From assembly GCA_003693705.1 (NCBI GenBank), contig RBZT01000328.1:36510-100509 (forward strand): DNA of 64,000 nt. Direction: 5' to 3'. This document shows, one piece after another, positions 62,389 through 64,000 of the stretch. How positions within the stretch are numbered: the first letter of the stretch is position 1; the number at the start of each line of letters is the position of its first letter. The notes under the pieces were generated by a model. That model searched no databases. It had not been told where the DNA came from and worked only from the letters and a program-made list of their open reading frames with translations. The translations under genes and the position numbers were made by a program. Source of the DNA: Polymyxa betae A26-41 (lineage: Eukaryota; Protista; Endomyxa: Phytomyxea).

Positions 62389-64000
62389 TTAAAACTCAAC
62401 CCAATCGACATCAATGGCATACTGCTTGATAGGGACTTTCCCTTGCTTAACTGGTTCTGGAGCTTTGCTAGAACTGACAAGTAGCTGTTCAGTTATCCAA
62501 CCTTCATCAAAAGTCTTTTTTGGAACGACAAAAACCAGAAATACATTCTCCTGCGAGACTCCAAGTGATTCACAAAGAAAATCGAAAATCCTCTGCAACG
62601 GAGCATTTTTCACAGGATGATGAGCAGCGATTGTCGTCTGCAGTAAATAAACAGCATCCATACGAGCATACATTCCATCGATACTCGCAAAGTTCATTGA
62701 CTTGGGAAAATAATAGAAAGGAGCAGACCCTTTTTGGATCTCGTTCAACTGAATGATTTGCCGGGACTGGCATGGCTCAAACAAAATAAATATGGCTTCC
62801 AAATGAGACGACAGCGGTCGAGCTTGTTTGGTGATTCTTGTCAAATTGTTCTTCAGCATCTTGTGAATAAAACCTTAAATTTTTCCACGAAAAGACGCAC
62901 TATCAGGATTCGTTTCGTTTTCGAGGGCAAAACGTTTATATTCCAGGAGAGAATGGTTTTGGGATATTTCGATAATTTTTTCTGCAATTGTGCTGGACAG
63001 AAAATCGAGATGATAGAAATTCCATCCCTTTTCGCCATCATCTGGAACGATTTTCAATAGCCACGACGAGAAATTTTGGTCAGATAAACGTTCACGGGTC
63101 TTTACGTACTGGATCAGCGATAAAGCATTCGAGCTTGCAATGGAACCGTTGATTTTGGTTTCCAAGTACTCGAATTTTGGTTAATTACCAAGCACATAGC
63201 GAGCGATGCCTCCAGCCAAAGTGTACCTTTCTTGAATGTCTCGAATCTGAGCATCGGGAGCGAGAATAGAATACAGCGCATTCGCATTTTCAAGCTCTGA
63301 TAACTCCCAAACTGGCATGTACATTATAGGATGATGTCCTTTTTCGAAAGCTCTGAAATCTCGGTTACCTTGAGCTTTGTGGGAGGTAAATAATATCGAA
63401 ATCGCATTCCATCCGACCAAATGGTCGGAATCTCCATCAATGAAACAGATGATATCCTTATTATGCTTGAGCTAGCTGGGAACTAAACTCGATATCCAGG
63501 AATGAATCACCGTCCAGCATCCAATAATCGCTTTTTGAATTTAGCAGGAGAGTCTGGTTGTATTTTTGGCAAAACCCGTTTAATTACCCGGAAAATGCAA
63601 TACAAATAGAAATACGACTTTCCAATTCCGGGATTCCCAGATATTATTAAATTGGAACCTGGACTCGACGTAAGAATTTGCTCCAGGTTATTAATACATA
63701 TCACGATAGCAGTCTCGAATAAAGACATAATAATGCGTCGAATTGAACGTGATCATCGGAGGAAAGTCTTCGTTTCGATGTAATAGAATAGTTCATCCTC
63801 ATAATCCTCTCGAGATACCTTCTGCAAACTCTGTTCCTCCAAGTTTGGATAAACTTCAGTACGTTTACGCTTTCGAGAGGAAATGGGTTGGGCTATTAAG
63901 ACAGGTGAATAAGTATAGGATCCAATTATAAACACGATACTGCCGAATTTACCTGGTGCCTGCTTGCGAAGGGCGGCGAGGTCGTTATGGATGGCGGTGA
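62389..64000 (-). pseudogene. Crinkler (CRN)/RHS-type NTPase plus restriction-endonuclease-fold gene, disrupted; extends beyond window
   Basis: VFIRDCY, ISGNPGIGKS Walker A, YMPVWELSEL, GGIAR, PKSMNFASIDG...LQTTIAAHH; in-frame TAA at 63181-63183 and 62875-62877; frameshifts near 63775 and 63690. Confidence 0.8.

Noticed and set aside
62875-63183. In-frame TAA codons as evidence of an alternative genetic code
   Set aside because: TAA terminates many intact genes in this window and the same locus also carries frameshifts, so pseudogenisation is simpler

Overview
Gene-dense eukaryotic DNA (roughly 43-45% GC by eye) with about 28 genes split by very short GT-AG introns (mostly 45-60 nt). The gene content (ciliary TMEM218, CBM18 chitin-binding protein, Crinkler-type pseudogene, plant-type FKBP12) fits a flagellated protist, plausibly a plasmodiophorid; this is inference only. 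Recognisable housekeeping genes: SEN1, EXO84, YIPF, SLX1, a NuSAP-like gene, FAB1/PIKfyve, EEF1AKMT1, cytochrome c peroxidase, RtcB, COG5, SPT16, COQ10, DOMON-cytochrome b561, prolyl 4-hydroxylase and TMEM135. The top finding comes from manual splicing. The archease gene (RtcB cofactor) has no start codon of its own and is the C-terminal domain of a ~857-aa protein with an N-myristoylation motif (MGSHQSK) and ~700 aa of disordered repeats. It lies ~10.5 kb from an RtcB with unusual motif substitutions, suggesting a membrane-tethered RNA ligation/repair module. Other findings: a spliced metallothionein missed by the ORF track next to a ZIF-like MFS transporter, a secreted Kunitz protein, a frameshifted intronless glycosyltransferase with a signal peptide, a PH-RGS-FHA protein, a catalytically dead SDR, and a perfect 21-bp hairpin. 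No database searches were run; family calls come from motif recognition, and multi-exon gene ends are approximate unless stated.
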